Notes under the pieces: generated by a model | Databases searched by the model: none | What the model was told of the DNA's origin: nothing | The model's input: the letters and a program-made list of their open reading frames with translations, nothing else | Part shown: one piece after another, positions 1 to 12,976 of the stretch | Position numbering within the stretch: the first letter of the stretch is position 1 | How the letters are laid out: every line of letters begins with the position of its first letter | Assembly (NCBI GenBank): GCA_045837725.1 | Contig: JBEWZL010000121.1 | Location: 310,001 to 374,000 of the forward strand | Source of the DNA: Vermamoeba vermiformis | Lineage: Eukaryota | Length of the DNA: 64,000 bases | Reading direction: 5' to 3' | Translations under genes and position numbers: made by a program

Positions 1-3000
1 GCGTAGGTGCCGGACTGCGCGAAGGTGACTTGATAGCGCAGCCACTCGCCCTGTTCGAGATAGTCCACGCTGTAGCAGCCAGCGCCGTCAGTGCACACTG
101 CAATGTCCACGTCATCGTTGCGATAGGCACCGCCCGTGTTGCCAGGGGTGGTGTCGTAATAGGCCACACCCTGACCACCCGGCATGTAGTTCTCAGCCTG
201 CAGCGTGCCAGGCAGGGGAATGGTGTTGGGGGGCGGGGTCGGAGGTGTGACAGGTGCTGCGACAGGAGTAGCGACAGGAGTGGCAGTTTGCAAGGTGAAG
301 GTCAAGTAATTGAGGCGCCACCAGCCATTGGTGAACTGCACGGTGATCTGATGCGTGCCAGCAGTGAGGGGGGCATTGAGTGTGACACCAGTGGTAGTTT
401 GCCACACACCCCAGCCACCTGAGGGGCCAGCAGTCAGTGTCGCAACTGGCACCGTGCCAGCATCGAGCAACAGCGTGATCACGCGATCAGCGGCAACTTG
501 TGTGCCTGCAGGATAAGCGTAGCGCATCTGCACGGAGTAGGTGCCAGCTTGCGTGACAGTGATCTGGTACTTGATCCACTCGCCTGCTTCAATGTAGCCG
601 AGCGAGTAGCCACCACCCACGTCATCAGCCACCTCCAGATCCACACCTTCAGTCGTGCGATAGGCACCGCCCAAGTTAGCGGGAGTCGTGTCGTAGTAGG
701 CCACACCAGCACCACCGTTCATGTAGTTCTCAATCTGCACCACACCGGGCACAGTGCTCACATAGGTGTTCGTGGTCGGGGTCACTGGAGGCGGGGTCGG
801 GATCGGGGCGGGGGCTGGATTCGGGTTACCCGCGCCAATGGTGATCTGTCTGGTGGCCTCTGTGACAGCAGTGAGCAAGCATTGCAACGAGCGATTCATT
901 TGTAGCGCTACTTACGTGCTGTGGCGCCAAAGTTGTCGGTGAGAGTGAGGCGGATGGTGTAGGTGCCTGCAGCGGCGTAGGTGTGCGAGGTGATGATGAC
1001 GTTGTCGTCGTAGGCCCCGAGTGTGGTGCCATCACCCCAGTCCCAGCGATAGAAGAGGTAGTCCAGATCGGGATCGGTGCTGTCTTGTGCGGTGATTGAG
1101 ATCGGCTGTCCTGCTTGCAACACACTCGACGCTGCAGGTGGGTCAGTGACACGTGATGCAGTGCATGCAATGCGACAAATAGTACTCACCTGACACGGCA
1201 ATGACAGGCACGGGTGCGGCATTGGTGGCCGGGAAGTTGGTCTGCGTCAAGAACATAAAGTCTTTGCCCGTATTTCCTTGCGCATCGGTCACCGTCAACA
1301 CGACGAAGAAGTTGATTCTGAAGCGCGTCAGTATTCGAATAGGGGGGACCAATCTGAACACTTACCTAGCACCAGCGTGCGTGTCAGCACCAATGTAGGA
1401 GAGAGGAATGGTGAATGTCTGAGTGGTGCCGATGTACTGATCGGGATGGATGTCTAAATTAGGAAATAGCTCGTTAACAAGGGTGCTCAGATACTACCAC
1501 TGCAACGACATACGATTGAGATGCACGAGATTGATCTCCCACTTGTACTGGTACGGCGCAGTGCCTCCAGTGACAGTCGCGCTGAAGGTAATGTCTGCAC
1601 CCACCGTGTACGAGAATCGTTCCAGCGTGCTGGGCTGTGTGATGCGCGGTACGGGCACTGTTGGACCCACATTGATCGCCAAGGTCTGCGTCGAGGTGAA
1701 ACCAACACTGCGCACGAAGAGTGTGGCCGTGTACTGACCAGCAGCGTTGTACACCTTGGTCGGATTGGGCGCGGTGCTCGTGGTGCCATCACCGAATGTC
1801 CACCAAATTTCCACGGCATCTCCGTCGCGATCAAAGGTGCCATCGCTGCTGAACTGCACGCACATAACGTTAGTTGTGTGGACTGTAAATAGAGCAGCCA
1901 CGTACCTGCACCGTGAGGGGGGCAGCACCGACACTAGGAGCAGCGCGTGCTACAGGTGTGGGGGGCACATTTTGCGGCACGTAGCGCTGCAATGCACGAC
2001 ATTAGTACCGATCCGATCACTCTACATAACGCGGCATGTACGTACAATCATGTGGAGTTCACCGGCACCAAAGTTGAGGTACACCATGTTGCCATCGACG
2101 GGCTCAGCTTCCATGCTCGCAATGGGGGCACCGAGGGTCATAAAGTCCTGCACGGACTCGAACTGATCGTACTGGTTCTTGAACAAGACGCGGATCCAGC
2201 GCTGCGAGAAGTCGAGTACCCACACGGTGTACTTGTACTTGGTCGGATACAGATTGCCCGTGTAGTGGCCGACTCCACCAGCCGTGTTGCCCGTGAAGCC
2301 CAGACCCAAGTAGTGGTTCTCGCCGTAGTCACCCGTACTGGGACCCCAGCGACTCCAAAAATAGAACGGCAGTGTGGTGGTGACATTCTCGTAGATGTGC
2401 TTGCAGTTGAGGTGCAGCGGATCGACGCGATTAGGATTGCTGTTGGGGTCAGTGGCGAGCGGACTGTCGCGCATCTTGGCCATGGGCAGCGGACCCTCCC
2501 AGCACGGCCAGCCCAAGTTCTGACCTGGACTGCGCACCACATTGATCTCTTCGAAGCCTCCCTCGCCGACCTCAGCGGTGTAGATAGTGCCTGGAGTGCC
2601 GTCTGGTGTCTCGCCAGGCATCAGTGGACGCACATTCATGCGCCACGATTGGCGGAACCCGAGGGCCCAGATCTTGGATTGACGGTCGTTGGGATTGCCT
2701 GGACATGGTTAGCATTCGAGAATATATCACTGGCATTGTATTAGCAGTACGTACCAGTGCAGAATGGATTCATCACGGTGTATCTGCCCGCATTAGTAGC
2801 ACCGGGGCAAATAGCTTGACCAGTCAGCGGATCTAAGCGCAGAATTTTGCCACCTAAGTGCAGTGTTAGTACATGCCGCGCTACTCTATCGGAAGATGAT
2901 CATGCATACCGATACTGGAGAGCGATTGCGCTCTGAATGCCCCCACGTCCTCAGTGGGACTGAAGAAGAGGTTGTCGCACTGCACATCCGTGGGCACGTA

Positions 3001-3910
3001 GTTCTGGCCGTAGTCACCTTGCGGTATGTCCCAGTGCGCGCCTTCACCCGTTGCGATGATCAGTGAGCCGTCCAAGCCGAAGCGCACTTGACCCAAGGCA
3101 TGCGTGTTGAAACAAATGTACACTGCATCTGCGGCAGTAGCGCCGAAGAGTGTCATGCGCGTGCTGTCACTGGTGGCACCGTTGTTGTCAGTCAAGCGGA
3201 TCAGACGTTGAATCGCGGCGTAGTTCTCGGGCTCATCGGGCTGACCATAGATTGGATCCACCGTGAGTGACAAGAAGACGTAGGGATTCTGCGCAAAGTT
3301 GGGATTGGTCACCACGCCAATCAGTCCTCGGTCACCTGCATTCTGCACCTCATCGGTCAAGTCGATCCACAGGCGCACTTCTTTGGTGGCCAGATCTATC
3401 CACCACACTTGACCCTAGGGTGCAATATGACGCGATGAGTACTAGCAAACACACTACGGATGCGCGGACTTACTTGTTTGGTGCCCACAAATGCCTTGTT
3501 GGTGTTGTCGGTGTAGGCTACGGAGACGGGGTTGGTGAAGCCACCAATGACCATCTCGTCGAGAAACTGCGCGAGATCAGGATTGGGGGCTGAGGGACTG
3601 CCCGAGGCTGGCACTGAACCACCGCCATCTGCGGGGTAGCACGGGCACGGGTAGTTGGGGGGATAGGCCAGAATTGGAGTGCCATCAGCTTTAGGACACG
3701 GTCGCTGATTGGCTCTAGCAGCGCACGAAGCACTGGGCGGTACGACGGCGATCTTGGTATTCAAGAACTCGTTGAGTCCGAGCACCTCGACGTGCACATC
3801 TGCAGTATGCAAAGGTAAGTTAGTATTGGCCAACACTCTGAGAACAATATGCGCGAGTACTTACCGAGCAGCAAATAAAGCATTGCCCATGTTATTAATT
3901 TTCGCCACAT
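1..3910 (-). CDS. Secreted glucose/sorbosone (PQQ-type) dehydrogenase beta-propeller + PKD domains + at least two CBM6/CBM35-like modules; 3' end runs off the window
   Basis: ATG 3910, signal peptide MWRKLITWAMLYLLL; 9 GT-AG introns spliced in frame. GSDH motifs GDRGLIGVVTNPNF, HALGQVRFGLDGSLIIATGEG, GKILRLDP, IWALGFRQSWR, EVGEGGFEEIN, NLGWPCWEG; PKD motifs WTFGDG and WDWGDG; two repeats of (I/A)ENYMxGGxGVAYYDTTPxNxGGAYR...GEW(I/L)xY at about 290-750 and 1-215. Confidence 0.8.
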
Positions 3911-4522
3911 GGTTGCAAATCAAAACAGTATTGTTACCACTGCAGTACAAGTCCGATGGATCTTGCGTGGTACGCTGATTGAATAGTCTTTGAAATAGTG
4001 TGTCAAAGTTGATGGCCTTTTAAAGCTTGAGGCTGATTAACGCCATTTTTCCTTATTAAGGTATGGAAACGCCTTTTCTGTTAGTTTTCCAGCCCAGCAG
4101 ACTCGATCCGAACCAAATCGTGAAATTCACGAGAAACGTCGCAGTGTTGATGCGAGACAAATTCATAAACCGAATTCTATTCTATTAGTTTGCCAACACA
4201 CAAACTATTGGTTAACGGGCGGCGTAATTCAATGATAATTTCGGTATTTCAGTAAAATGAATCCGAGTGATCCGGTGCAATATCACTTAAAACTTGCAAC
4301 TCCGTTACTTGAATAGAATAGTAATGTATGTGTGACCGAAAAAAAATGTATCTATTGAGCAAGAAACCAAATTTTTAGATCTGTAAAGGTAATTTTGCTA
4401 TCCAGGCCAAAATGAGTAAGTTTCAATTGAATATAATACGTACCGAATCTTTGATGCTTCGACATTATTCATGAATTGCCAATGCTCGGATAATTGCAGA
4501 GGATTTATTGCAGATGTGTTGT

Positions 4523-6907
4523 TCAGCTGGAATGTTGCTTGGAATGAGCAGCCAGGTACTGCTCGACAATGCCAATCAACTGACTCACCACCTGGGGCTC
4601 AGCCAGTGTGGACACATCACCGAGCTGTTCAGGCTTGGACTCGTGATTGGCAATCTTGCGCAATATGCGGCGCATAATCTTGCCACTGCGCGTCTTGGGC
4701 AGACCAGGCACGATCACCAAGTAGTCGGGCACTGCAATGGCACCAATGCGCTTGCGTACTTGCAGCCGCAGTTCGTTGCTCAACTCACCCTCCGTGTCCT
4801 CGAAGCCGTCCTTCAAGCAGCAGTAGGCAAACAAGGCTTGACTGCGCAGGAGGTGAGTGTCACTCTGCAGCACAAACAGCGCACTTACCCTTTGAGTTCG
4901 TGCGGCACTGCGACGACAGCGGCCTCAGCACAGCCATTGTGCGACACTAACGCACTCTCCACTTCAGCGGTGCCCAATCTGTGACCACTCACATTCAACA
5001 CATCTGTGTTTGACACGTGTCAATAGGTGTGCTGGACAGCTGACATGTAACGTACCATCGACGCGACCAATGATCCAATAATAGCCATCTTGATCGCGAT
5101 AGCACTCGTCCCCTGTGAAGTAGTAGCCCGGATAAGGACGCATGTAGGCAGAGAGATAGCGCTGATGATTGTTGTACACCGTGCGTGCCATGGAGGGCCA
5201 AGGTGTCTTCAACACCAGCACTCCCTTGCACTCGCGCTCTGTGATCACGTGACCTGTTTGAGGGTCCAGTATCTCGGGCTGTATGCCAAAGAAGGGGAAT
5301 GTTGCTGAGCCAGGCTTGAGCGGTGTGACACCTGGCAATGGCGTCAAGACAATGCCACCCTAGGAATGACACGTGTCAAACACTGCACTGCACTACTGCT
5401 ACCAGTCACACTTACAGTTTCAGTCTGCCAGTACGTGTCTACAATCGGACAGCGCCCCTCACCCACGACGTGATAGAACCACTCCCACGCAGCAGGATTG
5501 ATCGGTTCACCCACACTGCCCAACACTTTGAGCGACGAGCGGTCGTACTTGGTGACGTGTTCATTGCCGTACTTCATCAGTGCGCGCAGAGCGGTGGGGG
5601 CTGCGTAGAGCACATTGACGCGGTGTGCTTGCACCATCTGCCAGTAGCGATCAGGGCCTGGATAGAGCGGCGTGGACTCGAACAAGAGCGTGGTGACACC
5701 GTTGCTGAGAGGTCCGTAGACAATGTAGGAGTGTCCAGTGATCCAGCCCACATCGGCCACACATCCGTACACGAAGCTGTTGAGTCCCTGCGTGGAGGGA
5801 TTGAGATTGAGCACGTAGTCGTGCGTCATGGAAACGTAGGTCAAATAGCCGCCCGTGGTGTGCATCACACCCTTGGGCTTGCCAGTGCTGCCACTCGTGT
5901 AGAGAATGAACAGTCCGTCCTCGCTGTCCATCCACTCGCAGGGACAGTAGGGCCGCTGTGACTCGAGCAAGGTGTGCAGCCACTGATCGCGTCCTGCACT
6001 CATCTCACACGCCGTGCTGGTGTGTTTGTGCACCAGCACGTGCTGCACGCCTGGACAGCGCAGCAAGGCCTCGTCGACTGTCTTCTTGAGTGGCACACCC
6101 TTAGGACCGCGCTTGCCTTCATTGGCTGTGATCACCACGCGTGAATTCGCGTCTTGGATGCGTTCAGTGAGCGCATCTGCACTGAACCCTGCGAACACTA
6201 CGCTGTGAATAGCACCGATACGCGCGCACGCGAGCATGGCTACCACTGCTTCGGGACACATGGGCATGTAGATACACACTGGAGTGACGCGTGAGTACTT
6301 GCCTAATTAGGAAATGCGAGCACTGACCTGTGTCACCTTTGCGCACACCAACGGACTTGAGGGCATTGCTCATCTTGCACACCTCGCGCAACAGCTCGCG
6401 ATAAGTGAGTTTGCGCACTTCACCCGGTTCATTGCCCTCGTGAATGATCGCTAGCGCATCTGGTTGTTTTTCTACGTGTCGATCTACGCAGTTGTAGCAG
6501 ACATTCAGCTTGCCATTGACGAACCATGCGATATCTCCTTCTTCGAAACCTCTGAATATGCAAGATTAGCAAAGATCGTCGCTGATTGTCCGTTCAGCGC
6601 AAGATGCCTTTGTACCGCATAAGGCGGCACGAATGGAAAATGTTTTTTTGAATGATTACCCTTTCATCACATAAGTATATGGTTGGAACCACGATATTCT
6701 TTGCGAAACCTTGATGTAGAATTAAATAAATAATTATTTACCGTTTTCAATAATTGATGTGCGGCTTACCTGTCGCCAAAACTCGTCCGGATTTTTAATA
6801 CTAGCATTATACATTGCCTTGTATGCCTCCATGCCTTGTAGCCGAGTTTCAGCTCCTATTGCAGCAGAGACAGGATAAACTTTAGCAGTATCAATGCCGT
6901 GATCCAT
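4523..6907 (-). CDS. acsA: AMP-forming acetyl-CoA synthetase
   Basis: Spliced model contains [75 protein letters not shown]. Confidence 0.97.
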
Positions 6908-7124
6908 TCGCGTCGTCTGAACTGTGAGTGTGGGTGACTTAATAGATAGTTTGCAGCATAATACACTGCACAATAAGGTCTGTTGCCAGCCAAAGAACAA
7001 ATGTGATCCGGCAAACTAAAGTTGATAAAAAAATTATCACAAGCGTTTCAGTGTAAGCTAATTATTCAGTGCAAGTTATATTGGATAAGTCAATATAATT
7101 CTCAACAGATAAATATACAGCACA
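6908..7124. promoter_or_regulatory. Probable bidirectional promoter (ACS / rhodanese-like gene)
   Basis: 217-bp spacer between divergent start codons. Confidence 0.55.
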
Positions 7125-8142
7125 ATGAACAGACTTATTCAAACCACTTTGAAGAACACAGTCGCCCCTCGCGCTGCATCATCTGTAATAATTTTTTGAC
7201 GACTTTATGCGATGCTATTTTCAACAATATTAACATAATATTATATAGAAGCGTTTCTTCTCTTCTTCCGCCAGAACTCTTTTCCCTGTAAGTCGTTGGA
7301 TTAAAAATTATAATAATAACCATTTATTTATTACCCCTCGCCCCAAATTATACTATCTAAATAATAATTCGCACATATGTATTATATATAATTAATACGC
7401 ACCAGTATTAATTTTATTAACGCCTTATTACGAAATGCAGGTCAAGAGGGTCGATGCTGTTGAAGCTGTCGCTGTTTACCAAGAACAAACTGGTTACGGC
7501 AAGCCCGCCGTCAAGCACGACGATCACGGTCACGGCCATGGTCATGGCAAGTATTTTTACTCCACAAATACACGACTTTTTTTCTGCAGATCGAATCAGG
7601 GAAAATTGATACAAAGAGAACCTTAAATAATTGAATGTACTCCATAGATCACGGTCATGCTAAGGAAGTTCACCACCATGAGCCCACCGCTGTGTTCGTT
7701 GATTTGCGATCTGCAGTGGAGACGAAGAACTTTGTCTTCAAGGGCTTCGTGCAAGTGCCGTTCAGTGAATTGAGCACCAAGATGAGCGCCATCCCCAGCG
7801 GCAAGGACGTGTACTTGTTGGACACTACTGGCATGTACAGCGAACAAGCCGCAGACCTCTTGTCGCGCAGTGGCTACAACAGCGTGAATGTGATTGACGG
7901 TGCGTGGCGTGTGCAGTGCGCGCAGCATTAGTACTAATCGCGTGACAGGTGGCGTGCTCCGATGGGTGAGTGCCTCTGGTACCCTCAAGCCTGAAGTTCC
8001 CGAGCTCCAAGCTGCCCTCGAATTGCCGCTCTCCATGTTGGAGTCCGCCGACAAGAGCGACACCGTGCTGAAGAGTGCCAGCGAGAAGCGTGGTCTGAAA
8101 GTGAGCGACAAGGAGTTGAAGCAGATGTTGGCTGACATGTAA
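7125..8142 (+). CDS. Mitochondrion-targeted rhodanese-fold protein with His/Gly-rich insert, catalytic Cys absent
   Basis: Five exons: MNRLIQTTLKNTVAPRAASS/KRFFSSSARTLFP (presequence-like), HDDHGHGHGHDHGHAKEVHHH, then FVDLRS...YLLDTTGMYSEQAADLLSRSGY...VIDGGVLRW, which matches the rhodanese pattern. Confidence 0.7.
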
Positions 8143-8329
8143 ATCTATATAATATCCATCCTGCACCCCCAACCACTAGCTAGCTATTTATACTCGTCAA
8201 TGGTCATCCAGTCGCTATTGTTACAATACTAATTAAAACACCACTCGAAACAATCCATGTGCGCTGTGAGAGCAGTGACTAACGACAATAATACAACGTG
8301 CATTTATTTGTGCGGCTATTGTTATGTTA

Positions 8330-9711
8330 TTACTTGGGTTCAATTTCACCGAGGTAGATCCGCTTGTCAGTGCTGCACGAGAGAATGATGGGCTCTTTGG
8401 GATGAAAATCTATTTCCGTCACGGCACCGAGGTGTCCTGGCAGGCGATAGAGCAGCTGGCGTGTGGTGGTGTCCCAGATGTAGACGAGTCGATCGGACGA
8501 GCCCGCAGCGACCATGGAGCAGTCAGGGGACCACGCGCACTTGATCAACTGCTGCTCAAAGTTGTGCATGTGCCCCGTGAACACTTTGACGCAGCGCTGT
8601 TGGGGGGCGTAGGGGCGAATGTCCCACACACGCAGCGAGCGATCGATGGAGTTGGAGAGCAAGTACGAGCCAAAGGGATCCACGCGCACACACGTGACTG
8701 CCTCGGAGTGACCAGCGAGCACGGTGACAGGGGCCTCTGTTTGACGCGTGTCCCACACTCGAATCAGTCCGTCCACTGCACCCGTGAACAGTGCGTGCGA
8801 CTCACCCTGCGGGCAGTGAGAGCGAGGTGACGGGACTCAGGATGTTCGTGTCACGTGCTTGCTCGCCACTGCCACCGAGCAGATCACTCACGCTGTGACG
8901 CAGTTCAATGCTCGCACCGGCTCTGCTGTGCGCGCGCTCATCGAAGGCACGTGTCAAGCCGTCATCGCTGCCGGTCCACACGATCTCACCGCGCACGGCC
9001 ACGCTGTTGACGGGCACACCCATCGCACCCACATTGAAGCGACGGCGTCTCCTGCACGTCACTGTGTCCCACAGCGCGGCGGTTGAGTCCGCAGAGGCAG
9101 AGGCGAGTTTGTGCGTGTCAACAGAGTCCCAAGCGAGATCTACGACGGCATTCTTGTGACCGCGCAACACACCCCAGTTCTCGCACTCGTCGTACACATT
9201 CCACAGAACTAGTGCGCGAGGTCAGCGAGGGGGATCGAGAGAGAGAGAGGGAATGACTTACATATCTGCTTGTCGAATGACGCTGAAGCGACTGTTTGGC
9301 CATCAGGACTGAACTTGGCTGACAATATTTCTGCCTAGTAATAATGGTAGAATGAGCAGATCTGTTGTGTTGCCGATTCTTATCTTTTTCAATGCATATT
9401 AAAAATAATATTTACCTGGTGTCCAGTTAACAACATGATCGGGGCTTTAAGATTTGAAGTGCGCTTTTCTATCTGAATTAATAAAAAATAATTATTTAAT
9501 AATTTTTTTTGTTCCTCTGTCTGACATCACTATCAATAGCTATAATATCAACACGCACCTTCATAATATCGCCTTTATTACGCGAGTCTGTAGTCTTAGC
9601 TAACGCTGTTTTGTCATCGCCCGCATCTGTTTTGGCTCGTTTAGCAAGTACCATGGAGCCTTCATCGTCCTCTAAGCTCGATGCTTTGCGCTTTTGTCCT
9701 GTTTGCTCCAT
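8330..9711 (-). CDS. SNRNP40: U5 snRNP 40 kDa WD40 protein (apparent +1 frameshift at about 8805)
   Basis: RTSNLKAPIMLLTGH, LWNVYDECENWGVLRGHKNAV, WDIRPYAPQQRC, HNFEQQLIKCAWS, LLYRLPGH...FHPKEPIILSCSTDKRIYLGEI. Confidence 0.92.
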
Positions 9712-9862
9712 ATGTGAATATTGTAGTGTTGATTGCAGGACTTGTGGCTTCGTGCTCAGCTTTGCAAATTGGACAGCGCAATCCACTCCATTACCGCACA
9801 ACACACGCGACCACAAGACTAAGTGTAATTAGTATAGGCCACGCATCTCTTATTCATTTATC

Positions 9863-11696
9863 ATGAGTTGGCTGCCAATATGGTCGTGGTTCAAACGCTC
9901 TTCAAATGGCGATCCTGAACCGAAGCCGAGTACGGAGCTACATCTGCATTAATTGATGGCTAATTTATTTTTATAATTATAGACAAAAATAATCGCGACC
10001 GTGTGTATAATAATAATAGCAATACGAGCTCTCAAACAATTTCAAAGGTAGATCTGACGAACGAATACAATAATAATTAATTGCCGTAATTGACACTCAT
10101 TCACATCGCAGGAACGAGATTTAATATCGCGCACTAAGATCAATGAAACTAAGCAGCTATTGTCGTCCATTAAAGATCTAGCCACGACACTGGAGAGCTT
10201 GCCGCTCGATGATTTGCTCAGCAAACCCGAGCCCCCCGCGCTCAAACACGACGCAGCACCCACTGACAAGAGTGCTGCTGACAGTGCCACTCCTGTCCCT
10301 GCCCCCACTGAGTTCGCGAGTGTGGCTGAAGAGACGCTGAGCGAAGAAGATCCGAGCAGCGATCAGGTGTCGCAAGAGAGCGAGACACTCACCATCGGCA
10401 GCGATGACTCGCCACAGGACAGCGATCACAGCTCGCAGTCCAGCACGTCTAAGTCACCGGGACGAGGACTGGTGCGCGGCACAGGTGTGAGTGTCAGTCA
10501 GCACGGCGACATGATCTGGGACGAGCGACGCGGCTGGGTGAGTCGCAGTGGCCACGAAGATGTGCTGCAAGTAGAGCTGCTCGACACCACCGCACCGCAC
10601 TCGCTGCCTGTCAGTGCTGATCTGCCGCAGGACTTTGTGCTGCATCTCAACACTGAGCGCCTGGCACAAGAGCACGCACAGCTCGGCGCGTGGATGCAAC
10701 CGCGTGCGGACACTGACCGCAGCTACTTGTACTTGATACGCACGGTACGGAATTGCAGGTATAGTGCACACTGATGACTGACGCCTGGCACAGATGTCGA
10801 TCATGAAAATGGTGCGTGAAGTGGAGACCGTGCGTCGCATGATGTCAGACAGTGACAGCGACGAGGATGTCAAGCCACGCGTCACCCATGTCACACAGAA
10901 CTCTGCGCCGAGTGTCAGCGACAAACCCTCGCGCGTGATGAGCGATAAGTTGAAGCAGTTTGTCGACGAGCGCGAAGAAGAAGACGACATTGTGTTGCCC
11001 GACAAGCCCCTCAAACTCGTGCAACAGAGTGCCAGTGCAGCACAAGAGACAGCATTCCCGAGTGAGTTGACAGTAGAACTGGACACCAAGACCAGCAACG
11101 GACACACCGCGCACAGTCAGGGACAAGCAGCGAGTGACGCAAAGAGCAAGAACAAGCGCGGCAAGGGTCTGAAATTAGTGTCCGCACAAGCGACATTCAG
11201 CGACGAGTTGGTGTTTGACGACGAGCCCAAGAAGAGCAGTGCAACGAATACAGCAGCGCGGGGCAAGAAAGATCTGAGTGCCTTCGTGGACGAGGACGAA
11301 GAGCAGCCGAGCAAGCCCGTCAAAGCCAAGCCGAGCAAGATGAAGCTGATCACCTTCGACTCGTTGCAGTCTGCTTCATTGCCCTCGCGCGCCAGTGCGG
11401 CAGTGCAGAGTGTCAACACGACAAAACAGAGCGAAGACAAGCTCGACGAGGAGCTGTTCGATGACATTGAACTGCCCTCAGGTGCAGATCTCAAGCGGCG
11501 ATTTAAAGCCCTGCGACCCAACACGAGTGCAGGCATGTTGGTGAAGCGACACAGCAGCGGTAAAATCGACAACAGTGCCTTGGAGGACTGGTGCGAGGAC
11601 GACGACGACGATGTGCCCGTGAACAACACCAGCAAGAGCGCTGTGAATGCGAACAAGAGCACGCGCAGTGCGAATAATTTGTTGACTGTGAAATAA
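9863..11696 (+). CDS. Low-complexity acidic protein with a possible Byr4/Bfa1-like motif block
   Basis: Four exons splice in frame (ATG 9863, ORFs 10160-10774 and 10794-11696); motif GDMIWDERRGW...DFVL...W...SYLYLIRTM. Confidence 0.6.
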
Positions 11697-11816
11697 TTGT
11701 AAATATCTGCGACCTCTGTAAATAATGACAGCTACTACTGCATCCAATGTTCCTGTTAGTGCCACATCTATAGCACTCCCTCTGTATATATAACACGTTG
11801 CTATTTATCACGTCAG

Positions 11817-12662
11817 TTAGCTGAACACTTCGAGCGTACTCTTCGCACGCTCCATCTCGCGCAGCAGTTGGTAGAATTGGGGCAGCGTCAGCTCTGCAAC
11901 AAGCGATCAGTCGCCAATACAGCACCGCGCAGCATCGGTGTGACGTACCCATGAACACCTCGTCGCTCTGATTGTTACCCTTGTCCAGCGTCAGTTTGAC
12001 TTGCAAGAATGTGGAGCCCACGCTGTGCAGCTCTTTGTTGGCCACGGTGACTGCAACGACATTATTACGCGTACATGTACATAATGCATCTCTGATGGCA
12101 CTTACTGCCAAATCGCCATTCCATATCAAGCAGTTTGTTGATCTGCAATGTGTTGCCGACCAGTGTACTGGAAAGTTCGCCGTAATTGTCTCGCCACACA
12201 GCCACGATTTTGTTGATGATACCACCATCGATACCTGCAGAGCGTGAGATAATATAATGAGATATTTCCTTCAAAACACTACCTAGGGACTCCAAATCTT
12301 CTTTGACGTGAACATGACTCATATTATTCCTCAGAGCTCCTTTAAAAAAGTGCAGAAAAATCTATTAATTAATGCACTATTGAGGACAATATGAAGCCGC
12401 AATAATGCTCGGTCCAATTAATTTGAGTTAAACTACTTATCATTAATACGGCGCGTGAGATATTCTTGACTGATTGAACAGGTGCTTGAGCTGTTTGCGC
12501 AAATTGATTGACATCTTGTAATAATTGCGACGCTTGTTGATTGATTAAAAATTCAGCGACGATCTGAATGAGCTGATTAGCATTATCTCCCAACGCATTC
12601 AAACTCTTCAAATCAGTGAGTATCTGTTGGTCGGGATTGCTGTTGAAGCGTAAAGTGGTCAT
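11817..12662 (-). CDS. COMMD7: COMM domain-containing protein 7
   Basis: COMM domain QINKLLDMEWRFG/VTVANKELHSVGSTFLQVKL...ELTLPQFYQLLREMERAK; stop at 11817-11819. Confidence 0.88.
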
Positions 12663-12976
12663 TGTTGTACTGTTGCTAAGCTAGGCTGCGAGAAAGAACA
12701 TCGCGCTCTCACCGAACCCAACGAACAACAGCAAGTACTACTTTTTAAATTTGATATTTTTATTAAATAATTATAATCTCATCGCCGTTTAGAGATTGGG
12801 GTATTAAAAACAGTCTATAGTAACAAAGTGTAATAATTATTATTGAAACATATCAAGCACTAATACTCGCAGTTGACTACTAGTGTTTGAGTGCTGCTGC
12901 GGCAGTGCCACAAACAGCGGGGCAAAGAGTTGAGGGGGTGAGGGGGTGTGAGTGGGACAGAGAGGGGGAGGGTGGA

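Noticed and set aside
9237..9250. (GA)n run
   Set aside because: Short intronic microsatellite with no further significance
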